DNA of 63,542 nucleotides, filler included, from Octopus bimaculoides (taxonomy: Eukaryota): NCBI RefSeq assembly GCF_001194135.2. It is 5 parts of 5 records of this genome, joined end to end, with 100 filler letters (N's around TTAATTAATTAA, not from the genome) between each part and the next. Parts side by side here need not be neighbours in the genome. Positions count along the whole stretch, not along the records: positions 61,564 to 63,542 come from NW_026371839.1; 4 more parts are not named here. One strand, given 5' to 3'. Below, piece by piece: positions 61,564 to 63,542 of the stretch (position 1 is its first letter; every line of letters begins with the position of its first letter). The translations under genes were made by a program, and so were the position numbers. Below the pieces are notes generated by a model that saw nothing but the letters and a program-made list of their open reading frames with translations, did not search any database and was not told the DNA's origin.

Positions 61564-63405
61564 CTTCTGACCGAGGCCTTTGGAAATATGCTGTGCGTGA
61601 GAAGACCCGGCAAACCAAGTGAGAACTAAATCTAAGGCCTCAACCAGTCCACTTATGCGTACCTTCATTCACTGGACACTAAACTCCACTTGCGAAAACC
61701 TGTTGAGTCAAGTGAAATCGAAATCGAGTTAACTTGGACATAAACTCCACTTGCGAAGACCGGTTGGGGCAAGTGAAATCGAGTTAAATTGGACAGTAAA
61801 TTCCACTTGCGAAGACCAGTTGAGGCAAGTGAAATCAAAATCGAAATCGAGTTAAATTCGATGACTGGCACCCATGCCAACATCGTCTCCTTCATTGGAC
61901 ACGAAACTCAGCTTGTGAAGACTTATTGGGACAAGCGAAATCGAAATCGTGATGGCACCTGTGCCCAGCGTCGCCTTTCTGGCACTTGTGCCCGCGGCAT
62001 GTGTAAGGACTTTCGAGCGAGATCCTTGCCAGTGCCCCTGGACTGGCTCTTGTGCAGGTGGCACATAAAATACACCATTTTAAGCATGGCCGTTTCCAGT
62101 ACCGCCTGACTGTCCTTCGTGCCGGTGGCACGTAAAAAGCACCCACTACACTCTCTGAGTGGTTGGTGTTAGGAAGGGTATCCAGCTGTAGAAACTCTGC
62201 CAAATGCTGCGCGTGAAAGACCCAGCAAGCCAAGTGAGACCTAAACCTAAGGCCTCAGCCAGTCCACTTATGCGTACTTTCCTTCATTGGACACTAAACT
62301 CCACTTGCGAAGACCTGTTGAGGCAAGTGAAATCTAAATCGAGTTAAATTCGACGACTGGCACCCATGCCAACGTCGTTTCAAGTGAAATCGAAATCAAG
62401 TATATTGGACACTAAACTCCATTTGCGAAGACCTGTTGAAGCAAGTGAAATCGAAACCGAGTTAAATTCGACGACTGGCACCCATGCCAACATCGTCTCC
62501 TTCATTGGACACGAAACTCAGCTTGCGAAGACTTATTGGGGAAAGCGAAACCTGTGCCCAGCATCGCCTTTCTAGCACTTGTGCCCGCAGCATGTGAAAG
62601 GACTTTTGAGAGAGATTGTTGCCAGTGTACCTGGACTGGCTCTTGGGCGGGTGGCACATAAAATACACCATTTTGAGTGTGGCCATTGCCAGTACCGCCT
62701 GATTGGCCTTCGTGCCGGTGGCACGTAAAAGCACCCACTACAGTCTCTGAGTGGTCGGCGTTAGGAACGGCATACAGCTGTAGAAACTCTGCCAATTGGA
62801 AATATGCTGTGCGTGAGAAGACCCGGCAAGCCAAGTGAGACCTAAATCTAAGGCCTCAGCCAGTCCACTTATGTGTACCTGCCTTCCTTCATTGGACACT
62901 AAACTCCACTTGTGAAGACCTGTTGAGGCAAGTGAAATCGAAGTCGAGTTAAATTTGATGCCTGGCACCCATGCCAACGTCGTCTCCTTCATTGGACACG
63001 AAACTCAGCTTGCCAAGACTTATTGGGGCAAGCGAAAGCGAAATTGTGATGGCACCTGCGCCCGGCGTCGCCTTTCTGGCACTTGTGCCCACGGCATGTG
63101 TAAGGACTTTCGAGCGAGATCATTGCCAGTGCCCCTGGACTAGCTCTTGTGCAGGTGGCACATAAAATACACCATTTTAAGCGTGGCCGTTGCCAGTACC
63201 GCCTGACTGGCCTTCGTGCCGGTGGCACGTAAAAAGCACCCACTACACTCTCTGAGTGGTTGGCGTTAGGAAGGGCATCCAGCTGTAGAAACTCTGCCAA
63301 ATCAGATTGGAGCCTGGTGTAGCCATCTGGTTTCACCAGTCCTCAGTCAAATCGTCTAACCCATGCTAGCATGGAAAGCAAACGTTAAACCACAATGATG
63401 ATGAT
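61564..63405 (+). mobile_element. RTE LINE 3' end with the ORF terminus and 3' UTR repeated three times in tandem (units of about 600-620 bp)
   Basis: SDRGLWKYAVREKTRQTK* at 61566-61622, and units restart at about 61582, 62202 and 62798. Internal subrepeats of about 60 bp, and a single (GAT)n tail at the end. Confidence 0.8.
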
Positions 63406-63542
63406 ATACATATATATATGTATATATATATACCAGTGGCGTGCGGTGACTTCCGGGGTTGGTCATGTAATGAATTTCTTGCCCCACCCTGGCAATTTTT
63501 CAGTAAATAAATTTTCGTATTCCTGCAATTTACATATGGGAG

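Overview
AT-rich, microsatellite-dense animal genomic DNA with many N-gaps. The SINE families, simple repeats and TTAATTAATTAA gap pads suggest a draft Octopus (cephalopod) assembly, which is an inference. Two spliced protein-coding genes can be built by hand on the + strand with canonical GT/AG sites and consistent phases: MRPL47 (4 exons, about 34.4-37.3 kb) and a UBXN10-like UBX-domain gene (4 exons, about 39.9-45.5 kb). The rest is mostly decayed mobile DNA. The standout is a near-complete but inactivated R2 retrotransposon (Myb, RT, CCHC, REL domains). Its 3' end sits exactly on the canonical 28S rRNA target (TAGCCAAATGCC...), but only about 120 nt of 28S follow and no rDNA surrounds it. 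Also present are a nest of (TAA)n-targeted R4/Dong-like and non-coding elements, two RTE LINEs that each end in three C2H2 fingers, an RTE 3' UTR triplicated in tandem, an RTE insertion with a twin-priming-like inversion, mariner relics, MITEs and two tRNA-type SINE families. Most entries in the ORF track are microsatellite or N-gap artefacts. TE boundaries are approximate unless stated.
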